32,000 nucleotides of DNA from Clostridia bacterium. GTDB lineage: Bacteria; Bacillota; Clostridia; Christensenellales; Aristaeellaceae. The stretch covers positions 1 to 32,000 of the forward strand of contig JAUNDF010000016.1 in NCBI GenBank assembly GCA_030526225.1. The letters are read 5' to 3'. The translations under genes were made by a program, and so were the position numbers. Each line of letters begins with the position of its first letter. Positions within the stretch are counted from its first letter, which is position 1. Below the pieces are notes generated by a model. It ran no database searches. It was not told the DNA's origin and was given only the letters and a program-made list of their open reading frames with translations. Shown piece by piece: positions 24,932-32,000 of this stretch.

Positions 24932-25864
24932 ATGAATATGGATCGCAGACTGTTCCTGAAGAATTCCGCCAAGCTGGCTGCCGCTGCCGCCGCTGTTGGC
25001 TCCGCTGTGATGGCCGTTCCCGCCATTGCCGAAACCGCCGAGGAGACCAAGGCTCCCGTGTATCCCTTCCCCTATGTGGAGGTTGACCCCGACGAAGTGA
25101 TGCAGGCCGCATATGACGGCTACTTCGAAAACGGCTGCTGCTACGGCGCTGCCAAGGCTCTGCTGGGCGTGATGCGGGAGAAGGTCGGCTTCCCCTACAA
25201 CATGATTCCCGCTGAAATGTTCGCCAACGGCAAGGAAGGCTACACCTGCGGCACCCTGTGCGGCGCACTGGGCGGCGCTGTGGGCTTCATCGGCCTGGTT
25301 TGCGAGCCCGAAGCTTCCCGCGAAATCGTAAAGAAGCTGTTTGCATGGTACTGCTCCACCGAGCTGCCCATCTACCAGCCCGAAGGCGAAGCTCCCTGCA
25401 AGACCGTTGCTCCCAGCGTAAACTGCGTGGACTCCGTTTCCACCTTCATGACCGCTGCCAACGTGGAGCGCAAGGACCCCATCCGCAAGCGTCGCTGCGG
25501 CGGCCTGACTGCAGACGTGGCCCGCAAGACCATCGAGCTGCTGAACATCCACTTCGGCTATGCTGAAGAGCCCGTTGAGGTTCCCGTGGAAGAGACTCTG
25601 GCTGCCAATGAATACATCGGTGTTGCTCAGGGCTTTGGCGGCGAGACCAAGGTGAAGGTGACCATGGACGGCGACAAGATTGCCAAGATCGAGGTGCTCA
25701 GCCACAATGACACCCCCGGTGTATGCGATCCCGCCTACAAGACCATCCCCGATGCCATCATTGCTGCCCAGTCCACCAAGGTGGATGTGGCCAGCGGTGC
25801 TACCGTCTCCAGCAACGGCATTATGGCCGCTGTGGAAGACGCCCTGAGCAAGGTCGGCAAGTAA
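24932..25864 (+). CDS. Tat-signal exported redox protein: C_GCAxxG_C_C-family domain fused to an FMN_bind (flavinylation target) domain
   Basis: Twin-arginine signal MNMDRRLFLKNSAKLAAAAAAVGSAVMAVPAIA. Cys-rich domain with ENGCCYGAAKALL and TCGTLCGALGGAVGFIGL. C-terminal GVAQGFGGETKVKVTMDGDKIAKIEV...VDVASGATVSS. Start 24932 is chosen from three nearby ATGs. Stop is TAA. Confidence 0.75.
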   Translation: MNMDRRLFLKNSAKLAAAAAAVGSAVMAVPAIAETAEETKAPVYPFPYVEVDPDEVMQAAYDGYFENGCCYGAAKALLGVMREKVGFPYNMIPAEMFANGKEGYTCGTLCGALGGAVGFIGLVCEPEASREIVKKLFAWYCSTELPIYQPEGEAPCKTVAPSVNCVDSVSTFMTAANVERKDPIRKRRCGGLTADVARKTIELLNIHFGYAEEPVEVPVEETLAANEYIGVAQGFGGETKVKVTMDGDKIAKIEVLSHNDTPGVCDPAYKTIPDAIIAAQSTKVDVASGATVSSNGIMAAVEDALSKVGK

Positions 25865-25892
25865 TTCAGCATCAGAAAAACTTCATCCATCC

Positions 25893-25938
25893 AGAGGCTG
25901 TGAGAAGCGTTCCGGCGCTTCCCGCGGCCTCTTTTTTC
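25893..25938 (+). terminator. Rho-independent terminator after the flavoprotein gene
   Basis: AGAGGC...GAAGCG-ttccgg-CGCTTC...GCCTCT followed by TTTTTT. Confidence 0.7.
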
Positions 25939-25949
25939 TTGATTTACTT

Positions 25950-25966
25950 TTTACCCATCTTTCACA
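25950..25966 (+). promoter_or_regulatory. possible Pho box (PhoP/PhoB-type direct repeats) upstream of pstS
   Basis: TTTACC (25950-25955) and TTCACA (25961-25966) are 11 bp apart and resemble the Bacillus TT(A/T/C)ACA repeat. Only two repeats are seen. Confidence 0.25.
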
Positions 25967-26040
25967 AACGCATCATTTGTTTGATACATGGCCGGTGTAT
26001 GCTTGTCCCGTACCCAAAAGAAACGGAAAGAAGAAAGGAA

Positions 26041-26904
26041 ATGAAAACTATGCGTATTGTGAAGAAGATTGCCGCTCTTGTAATGGCCCTGAGCCTGACT
26101 GCCACCGGCTTTGCCATGGCTGATGAAATCCACGTGTTCTCCCGTGAGGATGGCTCCGGCACCCGCGGCGCATTCATCGAGCTGTTCGGCATCGAGCAGA
26201 AGAACGCCGAGGGCAAGAAGGTTGACTACACCACCGACGACTGCGACATCACCAACTCCACCTCCGTCATGATGACCAGCGTGGCCGGCGATAACGCCGC
26301 CATCGGCTACATCTCCCTGGGCAGCCTGAACGACACCGTCAAGGCCGTGGCCATCGACGGCGTAAACCCCGGCGTTGATACCATCAAGGAAGGCAGCTAC
26401 AAGATTGCCCGCCCCTTCAATATCGCCGTCAAGGGCGAAGTAAGCCCCGCCGCACAGGACTTCATCGACTTCATCATGAGCGCCGAGGGTCAGGCTGTGG
26501 TTGAAAAGAACGGCTACATCACCGTCAACGAAACGGCTGCTGCCTTTGCCGGCGGCACGGCTGAGGGCAAGGTGGTCATCGCCGGTTCCTCCTCTGTCAC
26601 CCCTGTGATGGAAAAGCTGAAGGAAGCCTATGAAGCCATCAACCCCGCTGTAACCCTGGAGCTGCAGCAGAGCGACTCCACCTCCGGCATGACCTCTGTC
26701 AAGGACGGCGTATGCGACATCGGCATGGCCAGCCGCGACCTGAAGGACTCCGAAAAGGAAGCCGGTCTGGAGCCCCTGACCATCGCAATGGACGGCATTG
26801 CTGTCATCGTCAGCCTGGATAACCCCACCGACAACCTGACCGCTGAAAATGTGAAGAGCATCTATGTGGGCGATGTGACCGACTGGACTGAGCTTGGTGA
26901 ATAA
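26041..26904 (+). CDS. pstS: phosphate ABC transporter substrate-binding protein
   Basis: Start at ATG 26041 after GAAAGGAA. Signal peptide MKTMRIVKKIAALVMALSLTATGFAMA. SGTRGAF and GSSSV motifs. Position is first in pstSCAB-phoU. Stop is TAA. Confidence 0.92.
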   Translation: MKTMRIVKKIAALVMALSLTATGFAMADEIHVFSREDGSGTRGAFIELFGIEQKNAEGKKVDYTTDDCDITNSTSVMMTSVAGDNAAIGYISLGSLNDTVKAVAIDGVNPGVDTIKEGSYKIARPFNIAVKGEVSPAAQDFIDFIMSAEGQAVVEKNGYITVNETAAAFAGGTAEGKVVIAGSSSVTPVMEKLKEAYEAINPAVTLELQQSDSTSGMTSVKDGVCDIGMASRDLKDSEKEAGLEPLTIAMDGIAVIVSLDNPTDNLTAENVKSIYVGDVTDWTELGE

Positions 26905-26905
26905 A

Positions 26906-27769
26906 ATGCAGCGCTTCAATGCCCAGACCGTGAAGGAGAATGCGGCGAAAGCCGTGTTCACCCTCACGGCCCTGGTTTCGATTCTGGCCGTGGTGCTCAT
27001 CTGCGTGTTCCTGCTGCTGGGCGGCTTGCCCGGCCTTGAGAAAATCGGGCTTCTGCCCTTCCTGACCGGACAGAAATGGAAGCCCGGGCAGGAGATTTTC
27101 GGCATCCTGCCCTTCATTCTCGGCTCCGTGTATGTAACCGGCGGCGCACTGATCATCGGCGTTCCCGCAGGACTGATGACGGCGCTGTTCCTGTCCCGCT
27201 TTGCATCCAAACGGATGGTCAAGCTGCTTCGCCCGGCGGTGCAGCTGCTGGCGGGCATCCCCTCGGTGGTGTACGGCTTTTTCGGGCTGGTGGTCATCGT
27301 GCCGCTGGTTCGGGACTGCTTCGGCGGCACAGGCCTGAGCCTTTTGACAGCCAGCCTGCTGCTGGGCATCATGATTCTGCCCACCATCATCACCGTGGCG
27401 GAATCGGCGCTGAACGCCGTGCCGTCCTCCTACTACGAGGGTGCGCTGGCCCTGGGGGCAACCCATGAGCGGGCCGTGTTCCGGGTGATGCTGCCCGCGG
27501 CCAAATCCGGCGTGATGGCCGGCATCATTCTGGGCATCGGCCGCGCCATCGGCGAAGCCACCGCCGTAATGATGGTGGCCGGCAACCGGACCGCCATGCC
27601 CAAGGGCCTGCTGGCGGGCATCCGCACCATGACCAGCAACATCGTTATCGAGATGGGCTATGCGGCGGATTTGCACCGGGAGGCACTGATTGCCACGGCC
27701 GTGGTGCTGTTTGTGTTCATCCTGATGATTAACGTGCTGGCAAGCATTCTGAAAAGGAGGCGCAGCTGA
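26906..27769 (+). CDS. pstC: phosphate ABC transporter permease PstC
   Basis: Six-TM permease with the EAA loop YEGALALGATHERAVFRVMLPAA. ATG at 26906, just after the pstS stop. Stop is TGA. Confidence 0.92.
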   Translation: MQRFNAQTVKENAAKAVFTLTALVSILAVVLICVFLLLGGLPGLEKIGLLPFLTGQKWKPGQEIFGILPFILGSVYVTGGALIIGVPAGLMTALFLSRFASKRMVKLLRPAVQLLAGIPSVVYGFFGLVVIVPLVRDCFGGTGLSLLTASLLLGIMILPTIITVAESALNAVPSSYYEGALALGATHERAVFRVMLPAAKSGVMAGIILGIGRAIGEATAVMMVAGNRTAMPKGLLAGIRTMTSNIVIEMGYAADLHREALIATAVVLFVFILMINVLASILKRRRS

Positions 27770-28596
27770 TGGGTGCAAAACAGAAGGCCGCAATCTGCCG
27801 CATCTGTGTATACCTGGGTGCCGCCTTTACAGTGGGTGTGCTGGTGCTGGTGGTGGGGTACATCCTCATCAAGGGAATACCCCATCTTTCGCCGGAGCTG
27901 TTCGCGTGGAAGTACAATTCCGAAAATGTATCCATGATGCCTGCCATCATCAACACGCTGCTGATGACGGTGCTGTCCCTGCTGGTGTGTGTGCCTTTGG
28001 GCATCGGCGCGGCCATCTGGCTGACGGAATACGCACCCCGGGGCAGCCGTCTGGTAAAGGCTGTGCGGATGACGGCGGAGACCCTCTCCGGCATTCCGTC
28101 CATCATTTACGGTCTGTTCGGTGCCTCCTTCTTTGTGGTGGCGCTGAAGATGGGCCTGTCCCTGCTTTCCGGTGCGCTGACGCTGTCCATCATGGTGCTG
28201 CCCACCATCATGCGCACCACGGAGGAAGCGCTGCTGGCCGTGCCGGATGGCTACCGTGAAGGCAGCTTCGGCCTTGGCGCAGGGCGGCTGCGCACCACCA
28301 TGAAGGTGGTATTGCCCAGCGCCATGCCGGGCGTATTGTCCGGCGTTATTCTGGCCATCGGCCGGATTGTGGGCGAAACGGCAGCCCTGATTTACACCGC
28401 AGGCACGGTGGCACAGGTACCCTCCACGGTGTTCGGCTCTGCCAGAACGCTGGCGGTGCACATGTTCACCATTTCCACCGAGGGTCTGTACATGAACCAG
28501 AGCTATGCTACGGCGGTGGTCCTGCTGGCCATGGTGCTTGTCATCAACAGCCTGTCCGCCGTCATTGCCAAAAAGCTGGGAGGAAAGAACCGATGA
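27769..28596 (+). CDS. pstA: phosphate ABC transporter permease PstA
   Basis: The ATG overlaps the pstC TGA (ATGA arrangement). EAA loop [24 protein letters not shown]. Stop is TGA. Confidence 0.92.
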   Translation: MGAKQKAAICRICVYLGAAFTVGVLVLVVGYILIKGIPHLSPELFAWKYNSENVSMMPAIINTLLMTVLSLLVCVPLGIGAAIWLTEYAPRGSRLVKAVRMTAETLSGIPSIIYGLFGASFFVVALKMGLSLLSGALTLSIMVLPTIMRTTEEALLAVPDGYREGSFGLGAGRLRTTMKVVLPSAMPGVLSGVILAIGRIVGETAALIYTAGTVAQVPSTVFGSARTLAVHMFTISTEGLYMNQSYATAVVLLAMVLVINSLSAVIAKKLGGKNR

Positions 28597-29339
28597 AGCT
28601 TGATATCCGAAACCTGAATCTGCACTATGGCAGCTTTCACGCGCTGAAGGATGTTTCCCTGGGCATTGAGGAAAAGGAGATCACCGCCTTTATCGGCCCC
28701 AGCGGCTGCGGCAAATCCACGCTGCTCAAATCCATCAACCGCATGAACGATCTGGTGGCCGGCTGCCGCATTGACGGCGACATCCTGCTGGATGGGAAAA
28801 ACGTCTACCGCGAGCTGGATACCACCGAGCTGCGCCGCCGGGTGGGCATGGTGTTCCAAAAGCCCAACCCCTTTCCCATGTCCATTTACGACAACATCGC
28901 CTTCGGTCCCCGCACCCACGGCATCCGCAGCAAGGCAAAGCTGGATGAAATCGTGGAGCGCAGCCTGCAGGGCGCGGCCATCTGGGATGAGGTAAAGGAC
29001 CGGCTGAAGAAGGACGCGCTGGGCATGTCCGGCGGTCAGCAGCAGCGGCTGTGCATCGCCCGTGCACTGGCGGTAGAGCCGGAGGTATTGCTGATGGACG
29101 AGCCCACCTCCGCCCTGGACCCCATTTCCACCAGCAAAATCGAGGAGCTCTGCCTGCAGCTGAAGGAAAAGTACACCATCGTCATGGTGACCCACAACAT
29201 GCAGCAGGCTGCCCGCATCTCGGATAAAACCGCCTTCTTCCTGCTGGGTGAGGTGGTGGAATACGGCCAGACGGCCAAGCTGTTTTCTGTACCGAAGGAT
29301 GCCCGTACTGAGGCATACATCACCGGCCGGTTTGGCTGA
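28593..29339 (+). CDS. pstB: phosphate ABC transporter ATP-binding protein PstB
   Basis: Walker [10 protein letters not shown], PstB-typical [14 protein letters not shown], signature [14 protein letters not shown], Walker [12 protein letters not shown]. Stop is TGA. Confidence 0.96.
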   Translation: MKLDIRNLNLHYGSFHALKDVSLGIEEKEITAFIGPSGCGKSTLLKSINRMNDLVAGCRIDGDILLDGKNVYRELDTTELRRRVGMVFQKPNPFPMSIYDNIAFGPRTHGIRSKAKLDEIVERSLQGAAIWDEVKDRLKKDALGMSGGQQQRLCIARALAVEPEVLLMDEPTSALDPISTSKIEELCLQLKEKYTIVMVTHNMQQAARISDKTAFFLLGEVVEYGQTAKLFSVPKDARTEAYITGRFG

Positions 29340-29357
29340 TGGGAGGGAAAAAACGCA

Positions 29358-30014
29358 ATGCGAACCCAATATGACGAACAGCTCCGCGCCCTTGGTCAAA
29401 GCCTGCTGGACATGGGCAGCGGCATCGAGCAGGCCATCCGCCACGCCACCAACGCGCTGGAGAAAAAGGATGCATCGGAGGCCGTGCAGGCCATCGAGGC
29501 GGATATGGTCATCGATCAGGCAGAGCGGGATATTGAGGCCATGTGCCTGAAGCTGCTGCTGCACCAGCAGCCGGTGGCTTCCGATCTGCGGTTTGTCTCT
29601 GCGGCGCTGAAGATGATTACCGACATGGAGCGCATCGGCGATCAGGCGGCGGATATCGGCGAGCTGGTCAGCTACCTGTGCCGGCAGGACAAGGTGCCGG
29701 AGCTGCCGAACCTGATGCAGATGGCGGAAAAGGCCATCGTGATGGTCAACGGCGCGCTGGATGCCTATGTGGACAAGGACCTGTATCTGGCCCGGAAAAT
29801 CATCGGCATGGATGATGAGGTGGATGATCTGTTCGCGGCGGTCAAGGGCGAACTGATTGAGGTCATCCGCAGTGACCACGAGGCGGCCCATCAGGCGCTG
29901 GACCTGATGATGATTGCCAAGTATTACGAGCGCATCGGCGACCACGCGCAGAACATTGCCGAATGGGTGGAATACGCCATGACCGGCAAGCACAAGGGCG
30001 TGTATCTGACATAA
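29358..30014 (+). CDS. phoU: phosphate signalling complex protein PhoU
   Basis: 218 aa with two PhoU repeats: DLERIGDQA-like MERIGDQAADI and YERIGDHAQNIAEW. GGGAGGG RBS. Stop is TAA. Confidence 0.93.
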   Translation: MRTQYDEQLRALGQSLLDMGSGIEQAIRHATNALEKKDASEAVQAIEADMVIDQAERDIEAMCLKLLLHQQPVASDLRFVSAALKMITDMERIGDQAADIGELVSYLCRQDKVPELPNLMQMAEKAIVMVNGALDAYVDKDLYLARKIIGMDDEVDDLFAAVKGELIEVIRSDHEAAHQALDLMMIAKYYERIGDHAQNIAEWVEYAMTGKHKGVYLT

Positions 30015-30018
30015 AAAA

Positions 30019-30053
30019 CAGGGGATGTGAACAAACAGCGTTCACATCCCCTG
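30019..30053. terminator. terminator hairpin between phoU and the convergent AraC-family gene
   Basis: CAGGGGATGTGAAC (30019-30032) pairs perfectly with GTTCACATCCCCTG (30040-30053). It is flanked by AAAAA and ATAATTTT. Confidence 0.7.
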
Positions 30054-30092
30054 ATAATTTTCCGGGAAAAGACAATTGCTTGCTGTACGATG

Positions 30093-30971
30093 TTACAGCG
30101 GCTTGATTGCCTTCAATTCGATATAGCCTCTTTCGCCCCGGGGCTCCAGCTGAATGCGGGGATTGGCATCATCCCACGCATAGCCGATGACTGCGGGGGT
30201 GTACCGCGCCATGGAGGCCTGCACCGCTTCAATTGCCTCACAGTAGTCCTCCTCCCGGAAGGGCTCGCCCTGAAACATCAGGTATTTGGCGGCAGGCAAT
30301 TCGATGATGTCAAACCCATCGGGGATGATGTCGGCGTAATCTGCAGCCACCTCCACACCCTGCACATACTCGGAGGTGTCCGGCTGCCGGTATTGTTCGG
30401 GCAGCCAAAGGCACACCGGCTCGCCGCACAGGGACTTCATGCTGGTCAGCACGCCCCAGACATCACAGCCCACTTCTTTGCAATAGGTCCAGTATTCCTT
30501 TGCTGTTTTGCCGCGTTTGATGATGACCTTTCGCGCCGGCTTATCAATGATTTGGAGAAACACATTCGCCACATGATTCATTGTTTTCCGCTCCTTCCAC
30601 AGTGTTCTGAACTTTACGCCATAGGGAATGAAAAGCGGGAGCGGGACCGGTGATCTGGCATATTCACAGGGGTTGCAGCCAAATGCATGGTGAAACGCCC
30701 GCTGATAGCCGTCCACGCTGTTGTAGCCGGTATCATATGCTGCATCAATCACCCTGCAGCCTTCATCCCGCAACCGCAGTGCAGAACGGGACAGACGAAG
30801 CCTTCTGATGTACTCTGCAGGGGCAAGCCCGGTCAACTCCTTAAAAATCCGCGCGCAATAAAAAGGAGAATAACCGGCTGCATCGGCGAGGTCACACAGC
30901 GTGATTCGCTGTGAAAGATGGGCTGCAATGCAGTCCTGCATTCGTTGAACGGCCAGAATCTTTTCGTCCAC
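30093..30971 (-). CDS. AraC-family transcriptional regulator with GyrI-like effector-binding domain
   Basis: N-terminal double HTH (ITLCDLADAAGYSPFYCARIFKE...DAAYDTGYNSVDGYQRAFHHAFG). The C-terminal roughly 160 aa are GyrI-like. GTG start at 30971 lies 4 nt after GGGAGGAAGG. Stop is TAA. Confidence 0.85.
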   Translation of the reverse strand: MDEKILAVQRMQDCIAAHLSQRITLCDLADAAGYSPFYCARIFKELTGLAPAEYIRRLRLSRSALRLRDEGCRVIDAAYDTGYNSVDGYQRAFHHAFGCNPCEYARSPVPLPLFIPYGVKFRTLWKERKTMNHVANVFLQIIDKPARKVIIKRGKTAKEYWTYCKEVGCDVWGVLTSMKSLCGEPVCLWLPEQYRQPDTSEYVQGVEVAADYADIIPDGFDIIELPAAKYLMFQGEPFREEDYCEAIEAVQASMARYTPAVIGYAWDDANPRIQLEPRGERGYIELKAIKPL

Positions 30972-31030
30972 TTTGCCTTCCTCCCTTCGGACAAGCCCAG
31001 TATAGCAGAAAATGCCGGGAGTACGCTCGA

Positions 31031-31160
31031 CTTTTCTTGCGCTCTTTCCGGATTTGAACGATTTAACAGATTTGGTGTGATTGTTTCCGTGGCATCCTTG
31101 AAATAGAAGGTGATGACCATCTTATCATCATACAGGAAGATGGCATTGGCAAAGATTTGA
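31031..31160 (-). pseudogene. 3' fragment (copy A) of a recombinase-like mobile-element gene
   Basis: Encodes ...FANAIFLYDDKMVITFYFKDATETITPNLLN... It lacks any N-terminal catalytic part. It is a direct repeat of copy B about 196 bp upstream on the minus strand. Confidence 0.5.
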
Positions 31161-31161
31161 T

Positions 31162-31198
31162 AAAAAGAAAAAATCCGAACCAACCGGTTCGGATTTTT
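31162..31198. terminator. bidirectional terminator hairpin between the two recombinase fragments
   Basis: AAAAAGAAAAA-ATCCGAACC-aacc-GGTTCGGAT-TTTTT. Confidence 0.65.
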
Positions 31199-31227
31199 CT
31201 GGTGCACCCAACCAATTCATATCCGAA

Positions 31228-31487
31228 CTTTTTTGCGCCTTTTCGGGACATGAACAATTTAACAAATCCAGCGTGATGGTTTCTGTACCATCCTTGAAAT
31301 TAAAGGTGATGACCATCTTATCATCATACAGGAAAATGGCGTTGACAAAGGTGTCAATCAGCATTTTTCGATGGGCTTGCAGTTTTACATCGAGTTTTCT
31401 GAACCGATGCAGCCAGAATCGCATGAATTCCTCGCTGATGCGGGGCTTTTCCAGTTTCTACAGTTCTTTCTTCTTCAGATTATGCAT
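31228..31487 (-). pseudogene. 3' fragment (copy B) of a recombinase-like mobile-element gene, containing an in-frame TAG
   Basis: Reads MHNLKKKEL-TAG-KLEKPRISEEFMRFWLHRFRKLDVKLQAHRKMLIDTFVNAIFLYDDKMVITFNFKDGTETITLDLLN. This resembles C-termini I recall from small serine recombinases of Firmicute elements. No catalytic domain lies upstream. The TAG is at 31458-31460. Confidence 0.5.
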
Positions 31488-31585
31488 TGAGTAAATCTAT
31501 TTAGCATTTATTATTCAACCTGAATGGTGATAGTTGATTGTTCTGCTATTGCAAGCTATAACAAACTTACAATTGATTTGAACAC

Positions 31586-31891
31586 CTATTTCGTTTCCGG
31601 ATAGTCAAAGTTGCGTTCCTTGTATTGCAGTAAATCTTCAAGGTATTCCTGTGTGCTATAAACTCTGCACATATCAGTTTTTGTCGAAAAGGCACCTTCC
31701 AACTGATGATAATCCCTTGTAAATCCATTCCACCCAATACCGGAAAGGTCAGGGTTGTTCAAAATATCATCCAAATACCCAATCCATAAATGAATATTGA
31801 ATAAAGGATTGGAATCCAAGGAAATAATAACCTCTTCCTCTCCTTCGCAGCCATGATAGTAATCTTTGCTGAATCTCAGGTCGTCAATCAT
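31586..31891 (-). CDS. hypothetical protein (101 aa) in the AT-rich island
   Basis: Clean ORF with an AAGGA RBS. Its AT-rich composition is unlike the rest of the window. It is the only gene here that terminates at TAG (31586-31588). Confidence 0.5.
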   Translation of the reverse strand: MIDDLRFSKDYYHGCEGEEEVIISLDSNPLFNIHLWIGYLDDILNNPDLSGIGWNGFTRDYHQLEGAFSTKTDMCRVYSTQEYLEDLLQYKERNFDYPETK

Positions 31892-31901
31892 GATTTATTC
31901 C

Positions 31902-32000
31902 TTACAGTTTGTTCGCATAATCCTCCAGTTCACTGAAGAACCGTTCCACATATACAGTATCGTCCACAATGCGATAAATCATCAGGTATCGCATAAAGGT
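31902..32000 (-). CDS. partial CDS (C-terminal 32 aa), ParE/RelE-toxin-like tail
   Basis: My own translation is ...TFMRYLMIYRIVDDTVYVERFFSELEDYANKL followed by TAA. The pattern Y-I-Y-x-I..D.V.V.R....DY...L resembles ParE/RelE C-termini. It is truncated by the window edge. Confidence 0.35.
   Translation of the reverse strand, partial: TFMRYLMIYRIVDDTVYVERFFSELEDYANKL

Noticed and set aside
25723-26040. N-terminal extension of the pstS ORF (393-aa version).
   Set aside because: It overlaps the 3' end of the flavoprotein gene and its terminator. The signal peptide and RBS are at ATG 26041.
1-32000. tRNA, rRNA, CRISPR arrays, or a suppressor tRNA gene in the intergenic regions.
   Set aside because: I inspected all intergenic stretches of about 40 bp or more. 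None has cloverleaf potential with a T-loop GTTCRANYC-like motif. There are no regularly spaced direct repeats of 25-40 bp. The only tandem repeats are the 11-bp array and the two recombinase fragments.

Overview
The window is chromosomal DNA from a roughly 60% GC Firmicute, and the proteins look Oscillospiraceae/Faecalibacterium-like. In order it holds:
- smc and an Mrp/NBP35 Fe-S carrier ATPase.
- A complete galacturonate/hexuronate (Ashwell) locus: uxaC and a LacI-type regulator diverging from uxaB-uxaA-eda-kdgK.
- A polar amino-acid ABC transporter.
- An MBL-hydrolase / SH3b-repeat secreted-protein pair.
- A UPRT-like phosphoribosyltransferase plus NCS1 permease operon behind a terminator-containing leader.
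- A GNAT-tcdA-recO operon and a HAD hydrolase.
- A LysR regulator diverging from a Tat-signal C_GCAxxG_C_C/FMN_bind flavoprotein.
- pstSCAB-phoU and an AraC/GyrI-like regulator.
- An AT-rich island edge with two tandem 3' fragments of a recombinase-like gene.

No rRNA, tRNA or CRISPR array was seen.

The main observation concerns the amber codon. Three otherwise full-length genes (the LacI regulator, the MBL hydrolase and the LysR regulator) are each split by exactly one in-frame TAG. There are no frameshifts and no in-frame TAA or TGA. All 29 core genes I could delimit end in TAA (17) or TGA (12), and none ends in TAG. This fits TAG reassignment or efficient amber suppression. The alternative is three independent amber pseudogenes, and that cannot be excluded from this window alone. 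One gene in the AT-rich island does appear to stop at TAG.

Secondary points are an Eda fusion to a VOC-like domain, REP-like nested palindromes, an AT-rich spacer with 11-bp phased repeats, and an unannotated 55-aa membrane ORF.
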